NCBI GenBank assembly: GCA_963849005.1
Contig: CAWKGC010000021.1
Span: forward strand, 2,892 to 66,891
DNA: 64,000 nucleotides
Reading direction: 5' to 3'
DNA from: an uncultured beta proteobacterium
GTDB taxonomy: Bacteria; Pseudomonadota; Gammaproteobacteria; Burkholderiales; Usitatibacteraceae
The position numbers and the translations under genes were made by a program. The notes under the pieces were generated by a model. It had not been told where the DNA came from, did no database searches, and saw only the letters and a list, made by a program, of their open reading frames with translations. The first letter of the stretch is position 1; the number at the start of each line of letters is the position of its first letter. This document shows positions 18,654-29,710 of the stretch, in pieces.

Positions 18654-19454
18654 TCAGTCTTGCAGCACGACGCGGTCGCCGGTTCGAACCATCCCTCCCG
18701 TGAGCGCGATGAGATTCACGCCAAACAGCACGCCGAACTGCGAATCGCGAAACGTCGAGAGCGTCGCCAGCGGCTCCGGGCCGCGCACCTCACCGGTGGC
18801 CTGGTCGGTGGTGGTGACCTGGCAGCGCCCGCAAGGCTTTGCCGCCTTGAAGCGCACTTCGCCGATGGTGAACTCCTTCCAGTTGTCCTCCGCCCAGGCT
18901 TGCGCGCCGCGCACCACGAGGTTCGAGCGGAAGCGGCTCATAGGCAGGTTGGTTCCGGCGCGCTTGTTCAGGTCCGCGAGAGACGCCTCGTTGGTGACGA
19001 GGAACGGATAGCCGTCGGCAAAGCTCACCACGCGATCGGCGCCGGCGAACTCCGGGTTGCAGGCGCGCCGCGAAGAGTCGGGCATGTGCACCAGCCGGCA
19101 GGGTGTTCCAAGGTGGTCCGAGAGCCACCCGTCGGCCTCGCTCGAAACCGCGCGCGCATCCACTTCGCTGCTCCAGACCTGCACCCTGATCGCCGGGGCG
19201 GCCGCGGAATCGAAAGGCACGTCGATCGTGTCGCGGTCGGGCGCGGCGAGGCTGAGAGAGTCCGCGTTCAAGTCCACCCAGACGGTGGCCATTTTCGGGT
19301 GCTCGCGCTGGGTGAGGAACCGCCCCGAAGGATCGACCACCATCCAGCGGCGGTCGTGCTCGAGGCCCCTTTCGGCGACGCTGGCTTCCTTCAGGGCGAT
19401 GCCGCCAAGGCTTTTCACCGGGTAGATGTGCAGTTCCGAGAGCGTGACGGTCAT
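18654..19454 (-). CDS. MOSC domain-containing protein (YcbX-like)
   Basis: MTVTLSELHIYPVKSLGG..., ...FADGYPFLV..., ...KPCGRCQVTTTDQATG... are MOSC N- and C-terminal signatures. Confidence 0.85.
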   Translation of the reverse strand: MTVTLSELHIYPVKSLGGIALKEASVAERGLEHDRRWMVVDPSGRFLTQREHPKMATVWVDLNADSLSLAAPDRDTIDVPFDSAAAPAIRVQVWSSEVDARAVSSEADGWLSDHLGTPCRLVHMPDSSRRACNPEFAGADRVVSFADGYPFLVTNEASLADLNKRAGTNLPMSRFRSNLVVRGAQAWAEDNWKEFTIGEVRFKAAKPCGRCQVTTTDQATGEVRGPEPLATLSTFRDSQFGVLFGVNLIALTGGMVRTGDRVVLQD

Positions 19455-19551
19455 GGTTTCCGGGCGCAGTTCCGCAAGGTGGGAGGGCAAGGCCAACTAT
19501 GGTAGTTTATCCGTCCCTGAACCCCACCCCAAAATACAAAGGAGACGCCAA

Positions 19552-20658
19552 ATGGCCCTGTGGGACAAATTGATGGGCGAGATCGTCGACATCATCGAAT
19601 GGCTCGACGACACCAACGACACTCTGGCCTACCGCTTCGAGCGCTACCAGAACGAGATCAAGTACGGCGCGAAGCTCGTCGTGCGCGAAGGCCAGATGGC
19701 AGTCTTCATCAACGAGGGCAAGATCGCCGACGTCTACAAGCCCGGCACCTACGAGCTCACCACGCAGAACATGCCGATCCTGGCCACGCTGCGCGGCTGG
19801 AAGTTCGGCTTCAACAGCCCGTTCAAGGCCGAGGTGTATTTCTGCTCGACGCGGAAATTCACCGACCTGAAGTGGGGCACGCCGGGCGCGGCGATGATGC
19901 GCGACAAGGAGTTCGGCGTGGTGCGCGTGACGGCCTTCGGCCTCTACGCGATCCGCGTGAAGGATCCCGGCACCTTCGTGAAGGACCTCGTCGGCACCGA
20001 CAACCGCTTCACGCTCGCCGAGATCCAGGAGAACCTGCGCGGCAAGATCGGCCTTCGCATCAAGGAGGTCATGCCGGAACTGGGACTCGCCGTGATCGAT
20101 CTCGAGGCGAAGGTGAGCGAGCTCGGCACGCGGCTGAAGGACCGCCTGGCGCCGGAGTTCGAGACGCTGGGCATCGAGCTCGTCGAGGTGCAGGTGCAGG
20201 ACGTCGGCTTGCCGGAAGAGGTCGACAAGGCAATCGACAAGCGCGGCGCGATCGCCGCGGTCGGCAACCTGCAGGCCTACACGCAGTACGAGACGGCCTC
20301 CTCGATCCGGGATGCCGCCAACAATCCGGGCGGCGCCGCGGGTGTCGGCATGGGCCTCGGGGCAGGCATGGCGATGGGCGCGCAGATGGCCAATGCGATG
20401 GGCGGCGCGTTGAACGCAGGCGGGGCGGGCTCGCCGCCGCCGATTCCCGGCGCGGTCGCCTTTCACGTCGCCGTCGGCGGCCAGCAGACCGGTCCCTTCG
20501 AGCTTGGCGTGCTGCAGCAGCAGGTCGCAGGCGGCCAGCTGAAGCGCGACTCGCTGGTGTGGAAGGCGGGCATGGCGGGCTGGGTCAAGGCAGGTGACGT
20601 TGCCGAGCTTGCATCACTCTTCGCAAGCGTGCCGCCGCCGGTGCCGCCGGCCGCCTGA
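19552..20658 (+). CDS. SPFH/Band-7 domain protein with C-terminal GYF_2-like domain ('virion core protein-like' family)
   Basis: ATG 19552 preceded by AGGAGA. MALWDKLMGEIVDIIEWLDD... N-terminus, Gly/Ala-rich linker, then FHVAVGGQQTGPFELGVLQQQVAGGQL...WKAGMAGWVKAGDV. Confidence 0.75.
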   Translation: MALWDKLMGEIVDIIEWLDDTNDTLAYRFERYQNEIKYGAKLVVREGQMAVFINEGKIADVYKPGTYELTTQNMPILATLRGWKFGFNSPFKAEVYFCSTRKFTDLKWGTPGAAMMRDKEFGVVRVTAFGLYAIRVKDPGTFVKDLVGTDNRFTLAEIQENLRGKIGLRIKEVMPELGLAVIDLEAKVSELGTRLKDRLAPEFETLGIELVEVQVQDVGLPEEVDKAIDKRGAIAAVGNLQAYTQYETASSIRDAANNPGGAAGVGMGLGAGMAMGAQMANAMGGALNAGGAGSPPPIPGAVAFHVAVGGQQTGPFELGVLQQQVAGGQLKRDSLVWKAGMAGWVKAGDVAELASLFASVPPPVPPAA

Positions 20659-21767
20659 TGGAACAAACGGAGCTCCAGCCGACCCGTCCCGAAACCTCGT
20701 TCATCAAGACCTTCCCCTGCAGCGGCTGCGGGGCGAAGCTGTCGTTTTCCCCGGGATCGAAGACGCTCAGGTGCCAGTTCTGCGGCACGGAGAATGCCAT
20801 TCCCGAAACCGGGGAGGGGGTCGAGGAGCTCGACTTCGCGACCTACCTGAAGGCGCTCGAAGGCAAGGCCGACACCGAGGAAGTGGAGACCGTGTCATGC
20901 CTGTCCTGCGGCGCGGCGCAGACCTTGAATGACAACCTCTTCGCCGGCAACTGCACTTTTTGCGGCGCGCCGATCGTCTCCAAAGGCTACGCGAACCGGC
21001 GCATCAAGCCGAAGCTGCTGGTGCCTTTCGTCATCGACACCAAGCGCGCGCAGGATGAATTCCGGCGCTGGATCCGCGGGCGCTGGCTGGCGCCCAACGA
21101 CCTCAAGCGCTATGCGCAGAGCGACGCCGGGCTCAAGGGGATGTACCTGCCGTTCTGGACCTACGACTGCAACACGTGGACGGAGTACCAGGGCGAGCGC
21201 GGCGACGACTACTACACCGACGAGACCTACACCGAGAACGGGCAGACGCGCACGCGCCGCGTGAAGCATACGCGGTGGACCAGCGCCTCGGGGACGGTGC
21301 AGCACTTCCACGACGATGTCCTGGTGATGGCGAGCAAGACGCTGTCGGCGAGTACCTTCGGCTCGATCGGGAACTGGAACCTGAAGGGGCTGGTTCCTTA
21401 CCAGCCGGAATTCGTGAGCGGCTTCCAGGCCGAGGCCTACCAGATCGACCTGAGAGAGGGCTTCCCGATCGCGAAGGTGACCATCGATGCGCAGGTGCAG
21501 CAGTTGATCCGCCGCGACATCGGCGGCGACCAGCAGCGCATCCACCGCGCCGATACGCGCTATTCCAACGTGACCTTCAAGCACGTGCTGCTGCCGGTGT
21601 GGATATCCGCCTACCGCTATCGCGACAAGCCCTATCGCTTCCTGATCAACGGCCAGAGCGGAGAGGTGTCCGGCGAGAGCCCGAAGTCGTGGATCAAGAT
21701 CACGCTGCTGGTGATCGGCATTCTTGTCGTGGTGTTCGTCGTCCTGACAATCGGCGGCAAAGGCTAG
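20658..21767 (+). CDS. zinc-ribbon protein with C-terminal TM anchor, partner of the SPFH protein
   Basis: Start overlaps the upstream stop (TGATG). CSGCG...CQFCG and CLSCG...CTFCG zinc-ribbon pairs. C-terminal WIKITLLVIGILVVVFVVLTIGG helix. Confidence 0.7.
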   Translation: MEQTELQPTRPETSFIKTFPCSGCGAKLSFSPGSKTLRCQFCGTENAIPETGEGVEELDFATYLKALEGKADTEEVETVSCLSCGAAQTLNDNLFAGNCTFCGAPIVSKGYANRRIKPKLLVPFVIDTKRAQDEFRRWIRGRWLAPNDLKRYAQSDAGLKGMYLPFWTYDCNTWTEYQGERGDDYYTDETYTENGQTRTRRVKHTRWTSASGTVQHFHDDVLVMASKTLSASTFGSIGNWNLKGLVPYQPEFVSGFQAEAYQIDLREGFPIAKVTIDAQVQQLIRRDIGGDQQRIHRADTRYSNVTFKHVLLPVWISAYRYRDKPYRFLINGQSGEVSGESPKSWIKITLLVIGILVVVFVVLTIGGKG

Positions 21768-21769
21768 AG

Positions 21770-21906
21770 GAAAACGGGGTCAGGTTACATTTAGGCGAAA
21801 ATGGGGTCAGAGTACATTTCCGGACGCGTCGGATCGCTGTGCGATCCGGCCAGAAATGTACTCTGACCCCATTTTCTCCAGGGAAATGTAACCTGACCCC
21901 GTTTTC
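21770..21906. repeat. nested long-hairpin element: an 80-bp palindromic element (21797..21876) inside the arms of a second copy (21770..21792 / 21884..21906)
   Basis: Outer arms are GAAAACGGGGTCAGGTTACATTT ... AAATGTAACCTGACCCCGTTTTC. Inner arms are GAAAATGGGGTCAGAGTACATTTC ... GAAATGTACTCTGACCCCATTTTC, with centre CGGATCGC-TGT-GCGATCCG. Confidence 0.9.
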
Positions 21907-21908
21907 GG

Positions 21909-22415
21909 TCAGCCGACTTGCTTGAGCATCGTTTCGGCGTCGGAGACCTCGAACTTGCCCGGGCCCTCGATGTTGAGGGATTTCACCACGCCATCGTCCA
22001 CCAGCATCGAGAAGCGTTGCATGCGCATGCCCATCCCGCGCGCGTCGAGGTCGAGCTCGAGTCCCAGCGCCTTGGTGTACTTGGCGCTGCCGTCGGCCAT
22101 CATGCGCACCTTGCTTCCGGTCTTCTGCTCGCGTCCCCACGCGCCCATGACGAAGGCGTCGTTGACGGCGATGCACCAGATCTCGTCGACGCCCTTGGCG
22201 CGCAGCTTGTCGTAGTTGGCGACGTAGCCGGGGACGTGCTTGGCGGAGCAGGTCGGCGTGAAGGCGCCGGGCAGGCCGAAGATCGCGATCTTCCTGCCCT
22301 TTACCATGTCCTCGACCTTGAAGGTGTTGGGCCCGATCGAGCAGCCGTTGCCTTCGACTTCGATGAATTCGTTCAGCGTGCCTTCGGGCAGCCTGTCGCC
22401 CACCTTGATCGTCAT
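21909..22415 (-). CDS. peroxiredoxin (Prx5/PrxD-type)
   Basis: 168 aa with the FGLPGAFTPTCS peroxidatic-Cys motif. Confidence 0.9.
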   Translation of the reverse strand: MTIKVGDRLPEGTLNEFIEVEGNGCSIGPNTFKVEDMVKGRKIAIFGLPGAFTPTCSAKHVPGYVANYDKLRAKGVDEIWCIAVNDAFVMGAWGREQKTGSKVRMMADGSAKYTKALGLELDLDARGMGMRMQRFSMLVDDGVVKSLNIEGPGKFEVSDAETMLKQVG

Positions 22416-22431
22416 TCCGTTTCTCCTGTTG

Positions 22432-23233
22432 TCAGCGCCCGCGCTCGATGGCGCGCAAGGCGATATTGTCCACCATTTCCGGCGACAGCAGCTTGAGCCA
22501 CTGGCCGAACTTCCCGCGCAAAGTCATCACCACCTCGCGCTTGCGCGATTCGATCGCGGCAACCGTGAGCGACCCGCACTCCTGCACCGTCATCACCTCG
22601 CCTTCCTTCACCGGGCTCACCAATATCGGCTTGCCGTCTGGTCCGGTGGCGTTCTCGCGGATGCCGGTGGAGACGAAGCCGGGGTAGATCATGGTGACCG
22701 TCACGCCGGCTTGCCCTGAGCTCGATGCGCAGCGAATCGAAGAACCCGGTCATCGCATGCTTGCTCGCGGCGTAGCCCGATCGCGTGGGCACGCCGATCT
22801 TCCCGGACAGGCTGGAGATGCCGACGATGCGCCCGCGCGCGGCCTTCAAATGGGGCAGGGCGTAGTGGGTGCAATACACCGCGCCCATGTAGTTCACCTG
22901 CATGATGCGCTCGAGGATCGACATGTCCTCGATGTCCTCGAACTTCGCCCACATCGAGATGCCGGCGTTGTTGACCAGCGTGTCGAGGCGCCCGAACTCG
23001 GCAACCGTGCGCTCGATGAGCGCCTTGCAGTCCGCTTCCTTGGCGACATCGGCAGCGACGACCATCGCATTGGCGCCTTTGGCCCGACATTGCGCGGCAA
23101 CGCCTTCCAGGGCCTTCGTGTCCCGCGCGGACAGCACAAGCTGCGCCCCTTTTGCCGCAAGCTGCAATGCCAACTCCGCGCCGATGCCTTTCGACGCGCC
23201 GGTAATCACGACGACATTTCCCGTGAGGCTCAT
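22432..23233 (-). pseudogene. short-chain dehydrogenase/reductase (SDR); one frameshift near 22710
   Basis: TGASKGIG, NNAG and YAASKHAM motifs in ORF 22412..23254. The protein continues as GVTVTMIYPGFV... in ORF 22432..22704. One extra C in agcCggc restores the frame. Confidence 0.8.
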
Positions 23234-23265
23234 CCGAGTATTCCTGCGGTTCAACTACGGCTCCA

Positions 23266-24483
23266 TCATCTTTCCGTTTCCGGATCGGGAATGTGGTTAA
23301 ACGCGATATGCATGCCGCCGCGATCGCGAGCCTTGTGGCCGCTGGCGAAGTAGACAGCCTGCCTGCCGAAGCGGACGTTGAGCTTGTCCATGGCATCGTA
23401 CAGGCGCTTGCGGTGCTCCTCCTCGCCAAACAGCGTGGAAGTATGCCCGGCCTCGGCGATGAGGTCGGAAAACGCCATGCCGACCTGGAGGATCTTGCGG
23501 CGGTTCTTCGGCCGGCCGCCCCAGAGCTTCTCGAGCACGTGCAGGAAGGACATGGTGTCCTGCGTGTCGACCAGCCGCATGTCGGCATCCCAGCGCGTGC
23601 CGTCGAGGAACTTGAGGCCGACCGACATGCGCGCCGCGTAATGGCCGGACTTGCGCAGGCGCATCGCTGCCTTCTGGGTCAGCCGATTGAGGATGGCGAA
23701 CGCATCCTCGTCGTTGCGCTGTTCCGGCCCCAGCACGTGCGAGTGGGAAATCGAGCCGGTCGCGGTCTCGAGATGGCCGGTGTCCTTGCCGCGCAGGCGA
23801 TCGAACATCACCTCGCCGCCGACACCGCCCCAGACGGCGCGCAGCTCCTCGCGATTGCGCGCGCAAAGCTCCTCGACGGTGCGGATGCCATGCGACTCGA
23901 GCCGCTTCTCCATCTGCTTGCCGATGCCCGAAAGGTCGCGAACCTTCAGCCCGAACAGGCGCTGCGGCAGTTCGTCTTCGTCGATGAGGACCAGCCCGTC
24001 CGGCTTGACCATGTCGGAAGCGGTCTTGGCGATGAAGGTGTTCGGGCCGATTCCTATGGAGGTGCGCAGGTACTCCCCGACCTTTTCCCTGAGCACCGCC
24101 TTCACTTTGCGCGCAATGTCCAGCGCCCGCGCCGGCTCGCGCCAACGTCCGGTCAGTTCGCAGTCCATCTCGTCGATCGACAATACCGCGCGCACCGGCG
24201 CCACGGTATCGACGGCGGCAACCGCGCGATGGTGGTAGTCGATGTAGAGTTCGTGCCGCGCGACGACGAAGACCATCTCCGGGCAGAGCTTCTTCGCGTC
24301 GCCGACCTTCGTGCCGGTCTTCACGCCGAAGCGCTTGGCCTCCACGCTCGCGGCGATGCACACCGTGGTGTCGGCAAGCATCGGCACGACGCCCAGCGGG
24401 CGCCCCCGCAACGAGGGTTCCGCCTGCTGCTCCACGGAGGCGAAGTAGGAGTTGAAGTCGACCAGCAGCGACCGCAGCGTCAC
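23266..24483 (-). CDS. Y-family DNA polymerase (DinB/ImpB-like)
   Basis: 405 aa. LLVDFNSYFASVEQ, SIDEMDCELTG and ...IGPNTFIAKTASD... motifs. Confidence 0.8.
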   Translation of the reverse strand: MTLRSLLVDFNSYFASVEQQAEPSLRGRPLGVVPMLADTTVCIAASVEAKRFGVKTGTKVGDAKKLCPEMVFVVARHELYIDYHHRAVAAVDTVAPVRAVLSIDEMDCELTGRWREPARALDIARKVKAVLREKVGEYLRTSIGIGPNTFIAKTASDMVKPDGLVLIDEDELPQRLFGLKVRDLSGIGKQMEKRLESHGIRTVEELCARNREELRAVWGGVGGEVMFDRLRGKDTGHLETATGSISHSHVLGPEQRNDEDAFAILNRLTQKAAMRLRKSGHYAARMSVGLKFLDGTRWDADMRLVDTQDTMSFLHVLEKLWGGRPKNRRKILQVGMAFSDLIAEAGHTSTLFGEEEHRKRLYDAMDKLNVRFGRQAVYFASGHKARDRGGMHIAFNHIPDPETER

Positions 24484-24971
24484 GGCGTGTCGGTGAGTTC
24501 GCAGAAGGCGGCGACGAGGCGCTCGAGGCCGCGGGCGTCTTCCTCGCTGAAACGCGCGGGCGTCGGGCTGTCGAGATCAAGCACCCCGAGCAGCCGGCCT
24601 TCCTTCACCACCGGGACCACCACTTCGCTGCGTGAAGCGGCGTCGCAGGCGATGTGGCCCGGGAAGGCGTGCACGTCCTCGACCACCACGCTTGCCTTGC
24701 GTTCGGCCGCGGTGCCGCAAACGCCGCGGCCCATCGCGATGCGAACGCAGGCGGGCTTGCCCTGGAAGGTGCCCAGCACGAGTTCGCCCTGCTTCAGCCA
24801 GTAGAAGCCGGCCCAGTTCAGGTCGGGCAGGGTGTTGAAAAGCAGCGCGGCGAGGTTGGCCGAATTTGCGGTGAAATCGCGCTCGCCGTGCAGCAACCCG
24901 CGGCATTGCCCTTCCAGTTCGCGGTAGATTTCGGCAAGCGACGCGGTGCTGGGGGAGGTAACGGCAAACAT
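24480..24971 (-). CDS. GAF-domain protein (free methionine-(R)-sulfoxide reductase MsrC/YebR-like)
   Basis: ATG 24971. ...NWAGFYWLKQGELVLGTFQGKPACVRIAMGRGVCGTAA...HIACDAASRSEVVVP... matches the YebR family. Overlaps the polymerase gene by 4 nt. Confidence 0.8.
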   Translation of the reverse strand: MFAVTSPSTASLAEIYRELEGQCRGLLHGERDFTANSANLAALLFNTLPDLNWAGFYWLKQGELVLGTFQGKPACVRIAMGRGVCGTAAERKASVVVEDVHAFPGHIACDAASRSEVVVPVVKEGRLLGVLDLDSPTPARFSEEDARGLERLVAAFCELTDTP

Positions 24972-25080
24972 GGGCGGCCCGGGAGTTGGCTGACCCCCTA
25001 GCTTAGCGAGTGTCCCTGCGCCCCGCAAACGACCGGCCCCGCGACCGGACGGGCCGCGGGACACCATGTGAAGCGGGGAC

Positions 25081-25434
25081 TCAGCCGGCGACCGGAACTG
25101 CCGTCGTCACCGGGGCCTTCTGCTTGTCGTGCTTCTGCTTCGCGATCTTCCTGCTCTGGTTTTCCTGTGCGTTGTGCAGCCCGGCCTTCTCCTTCTTGGT
25201 GACCACGCCGTCGGCCTTGGCCCGGGCTTCCTTCGCCTGGACCTTGGCCTGGCCGGCCTCGAGGCGGGCGGTTTCCTTCGAATTCAGCTGGCCGGAGGCC
25301 ACGCCCTGGTCGATGCGTTTTTGCTGGTTGGCTTCGCGCTGGTCGACGCGCGGCGTAGTGGGGGCCGCGGTCTGCGCGAGCGCGGGCAGGGCGAAAAGAG
25401 TGGCGACGACACTGGCGATCAGGATACGTTTCAT
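25081..25434 (-). CDS. small secreted Lys/Gln-rich protein, function unknown
   Basis: 117 aa. Signal peptide MKRILIASVVATLFALPALA, then a low-complexity charged helical sequence. Confidence 0.5.
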   Translation of the reverse strand: MKRILIASVVATLFALPALAQTAAPTTPRVDQREANQQKRIDQGVASGQLNSKETARLEAGQAKVQAKEARAKADGVVTKKEKAGLHNAQENQSRKIAKQKHDKQKAPVTTAVPVAG

Positions 25435-25614
25435 GGCGGTTGTTCCTTGTCCTTGGGTTGGTTGGCATGCGGTTTCGTGCCCGCATGTCGCCTCAACGCC
25501 AGGGCCGGATCGGCGTTGACGAATTCACATCCGGTTACAAAAGGGCGCCCGCCCGCAGGGGTGCCTTGCGTCGCTATAATGGTCGCCTTTCCCTTCAGTC
25601 CGAACGCCCCTCCC

Positions 25615-27714
<2,100 letters not shown>

Positions 27715-27727
27715 CGTTGGCAACCGA

Positions 27728-27808
27728 TTCGGGAGCCGACGTCATCCCCGCGAAAGCGGGGATCCAGTTTCGGGAGCCGACGTCATCCCCGCGAAAGCGG
27801 GGATCCAG
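27728..27808. repeat. REP-like hairpin repeat, type B, two tandem about 40-bp units (TTCGGGAGCCGAC-GTCATCCCCGCGAAAGCGGGGATCCAG)
   Basis: Two adjacent near-identical units, each with palindrome ATCCCCGC-GAAA-GCGGGGAT. They share the GTCAT...ATCCAG flanks with type A. Confidence 0.85.
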
Positions 27809-27825
27809 CGCCTTCATGAATGACA

Positions 27826-27876
27826 CTGGATTCCGCCCCCATCTCGGCGGGGGCCCCGGGTCAAGCCCGGAATGAC
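27826..27876. repeat. REP-like type A repeat in inverted orientation, interrupted by a GC hairpin
   Basis: CTGGATTCC-[gcccccatctcggcggggg]-CCCCGGGTCAAGCCCGGAATGAC is the reverse complement of the 2455 unit, with an about 19-bp insert. Confidence 0.7.
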
Positions 27877-27884
27877 GACTTGAG

Positions 27885-28751
27885 TTGACCAACCTTCAGC
27901 TCTTCGCCGCGTGCGTCGCGATCTGGGGAACCACCTGGCTCGCGATCACCTACCAGCTGGGCAGCGTGGCGCCGGAGGCGAGCGTCTTCTACCGCTTCCT
28001 GCTCGCCTCGATGGTCGTCTTTGCCTGGTGCAAGGCACGCGGCCTGCCGCTCGGCTACGGCCGCCGCGACCATGCGTGGCTGGCATTGCAGGGCCTGCTG
28101 ATGTTCGGCATCGGCTACGTTTTCGTCTACTACGCGGAGGAGCACGTCGTCTCGGGGCTGGTCGCGGTAGGCTACTCGGCCACGCCGCTGATCAGCATGC
28201 TGTTCCTGCGCGTCTTCTTCGGCACGCCGATGACCGCGCATGTGACGATCGGCGGGGCGCTGGGAATTGCCGGCATCACGCTCATCTTCCTTCCCGAGAT
28301 CGCGCAACTGCGCGGGGACCGCGATGTGGTGGTGGGGCTGGGCTACGCCATGGCGGCCGTCGTGGTATCGGCGCTGGGAAGCATGGTCGCGCATCGCAAC
28401 CACGACGCCCGGATCCCGGTGTGGCAATCGATCGCGTGGGGGATGCTTTACGGTTCGATATTCTCGCTGGCCATGACGCTGGCGCTGGGCAAGCCTCTCA
28501 CGATCGCGCTCACGCCCGGTTACCTGTTCTCACTTGCTTACCTGGCGTTGCTCGGGTCGGTGCTCGCGTTCGGCGCGTACCTGACGCTGCTCGGGCGCAT
28601 CGGCGCGGCGCGCTCGGGCTATATCGGCGTGATGACGCCGATCGTGGCGCTGCTCGTTTCCGCCATGTTCGAGGGCTTCCACTGGCAGGCGCTCACGTGG
28701 ATCGGCGTGGCGGTATCCGTGGTCGGCAACGCCGTCATCCTGCGGCGCTAG
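27885..28751 (+). CDS. EamA/DMT-family transporter
   Basis: 288 aa, ten predicted hydrophobic segments. N-terminal AIWGTTWLAI is typical of the EamA repeat. Confidence 0.8.
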   Translation: MTNLQLFAACVAIWGTTWLAITYQLGSVAPEASVFYRFLLASMVVFAWCKARGLPLGYGRRDHAWLALQGLLMFGIGYVFVYYAEEHVVSGLVAVGYSATPLISMLFLRVFFGTPMTAHVTIGGALGIAGITLIFLPEIAQLRGDRDVVVGLGYAMAAVVVSALGSMVAHRNHDARIPVWQSIAWGMLYGSIFSLAMTLALGKPLTIALTPGYLFSLAYLALLGSVLAFGAYLTLLGRIGAARSGYIGVMTPIVALLVSAMFEGFHWQALTWIGVAVSVVGNAVILRR

Positions 28752-29629
28752 GCGCGTCTTACCGGCATGCGCCGGCCGAGCGCGACCAGGGCGACGACCA
28801 CTGCCGCGAAGAAGATCTCGTCCGCATGCAGCGCCTCGCCGATCAGGAGGGCGGAGGCGGCCAGCGTCATGAACGGCTGCAGCAATTGCACCTGCCCGAC
28901 GCGCGCGATGCCGCCGAGCGCGAGGCCGTGGTACCAGGCGAAGAACCCGAGGTACTGGCTCACCAGCGCGAGATAGAAGAACCCGGCCCACGCGGAGGCC
29001 GGAATGCCCGTCGTCGCGCGCGGGGCGAACGCCAGGGCGAGCGGCACCAGCAACGGGATGCAGATCACCAGCGACCACGAGATCGTCTGCCAGCCGCCGA
29101 GCGTTGCGCTGGCTCTTGCGCCAATGGCATAGCCCAGCGCCGCGGAGACGATGGCAGCGAGCAGGGCGAGGTCAGCGGCTTCCAGCGTGCCGCCGCCATG
29201 CCTGAGCGCGAAGCCGATCACCACGAGGCTGCCGAGGATGCCCACCGCCCAGAAGCCGCGGCTCGGTCTTTCGTGCGCGACCAACGCACCGGCCGCGGCG
29301 GTGGCAAGCGGGAGCAACGCCAGCACCACCGCGCCGTGCGTCGCCGGGACATGCTGCATGGCCCACGTGACGAAGAAAGGGAAGCCGAACACGACGCCCA
29401 GCGAGGACAGCGCAAGCGAGCGGAACTGCGCGCGCGTCGGCAGTTTCTGCCTCGTGGCGAGCAGCACGGCGGCGGCCACCGTTGCCGCCAGCAGCGCGCG
29501 CCCGGAGGCGACGAACCAGGGATCGAGATGCGCAACCGCCGCGCGGGTCGCCGGCAGCGTCAGGCTGAACAACGCGACGCCGAGCACGCCCCACGCGAGG
29601 CCCCGGCCCTCGTTGGAAAACGGAGCCAT
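28748..29629 (-). CDS. EamA/DMT-family transporter
   Basis: 293 aa, polytopic. Convergent with the previous gene, and both stops share one CTAG. Confidence 0.8.
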   Translation of the reverse strand: MAPFSNEGRGLAWGVLGVALFSLTLPATRAAVAHLDPWFVASGRALLAATVAAAVLLATRQKLPTRAQFRSLALSSLGVVFGFPFFVTWAMQHVPATHGAVVLALLPLATAAAGALVAHERPSRGFWAVGILGSLVVIGFALRHGGGTLEAADLALLAAIVSAALGYAIGARASATLGGWQTISWSLVICIPLLVPLALAFAPRATTGIPASAWAGFFYLALVSQYLGFFAWYHGLALGGIARVGQVQLLQPFMTLAASALLIGEALHADEIFFAAVVVALVALGRRMPVRRA

Positions 29630-29630
29630 G

Positions 29631-29710
29631 GAATACGGGGTCAGATTACGTTTCCAGCCGGACCGCGCAGCGATCCTTCGCGACCGGAAATGTAACCTGA
29701 CCCCGTTTTC
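29631..29710. repeat. 80-bp long-hairpin element (same family as 21797..21876 and 61571..61650)
   Basis: GAATACGGGGTCAGATTACGTTTCC ... GGAAATGTAACCTGACCCCGTTTTC. It abuts the EamA start codon and overlaps the stop of the SnoaL-like gene. Confidence 0.85.

Noticed and set aside
27728-27808. Possible CRISPR array, considered for the tandem repeats here and at 33718..33834.
   Set aside because: The units are directly adjacent with no unique spacers, there are only 2-3 copies, and no cas genes are in the window. They fit REP/BIME-like and simple tandem repeats.
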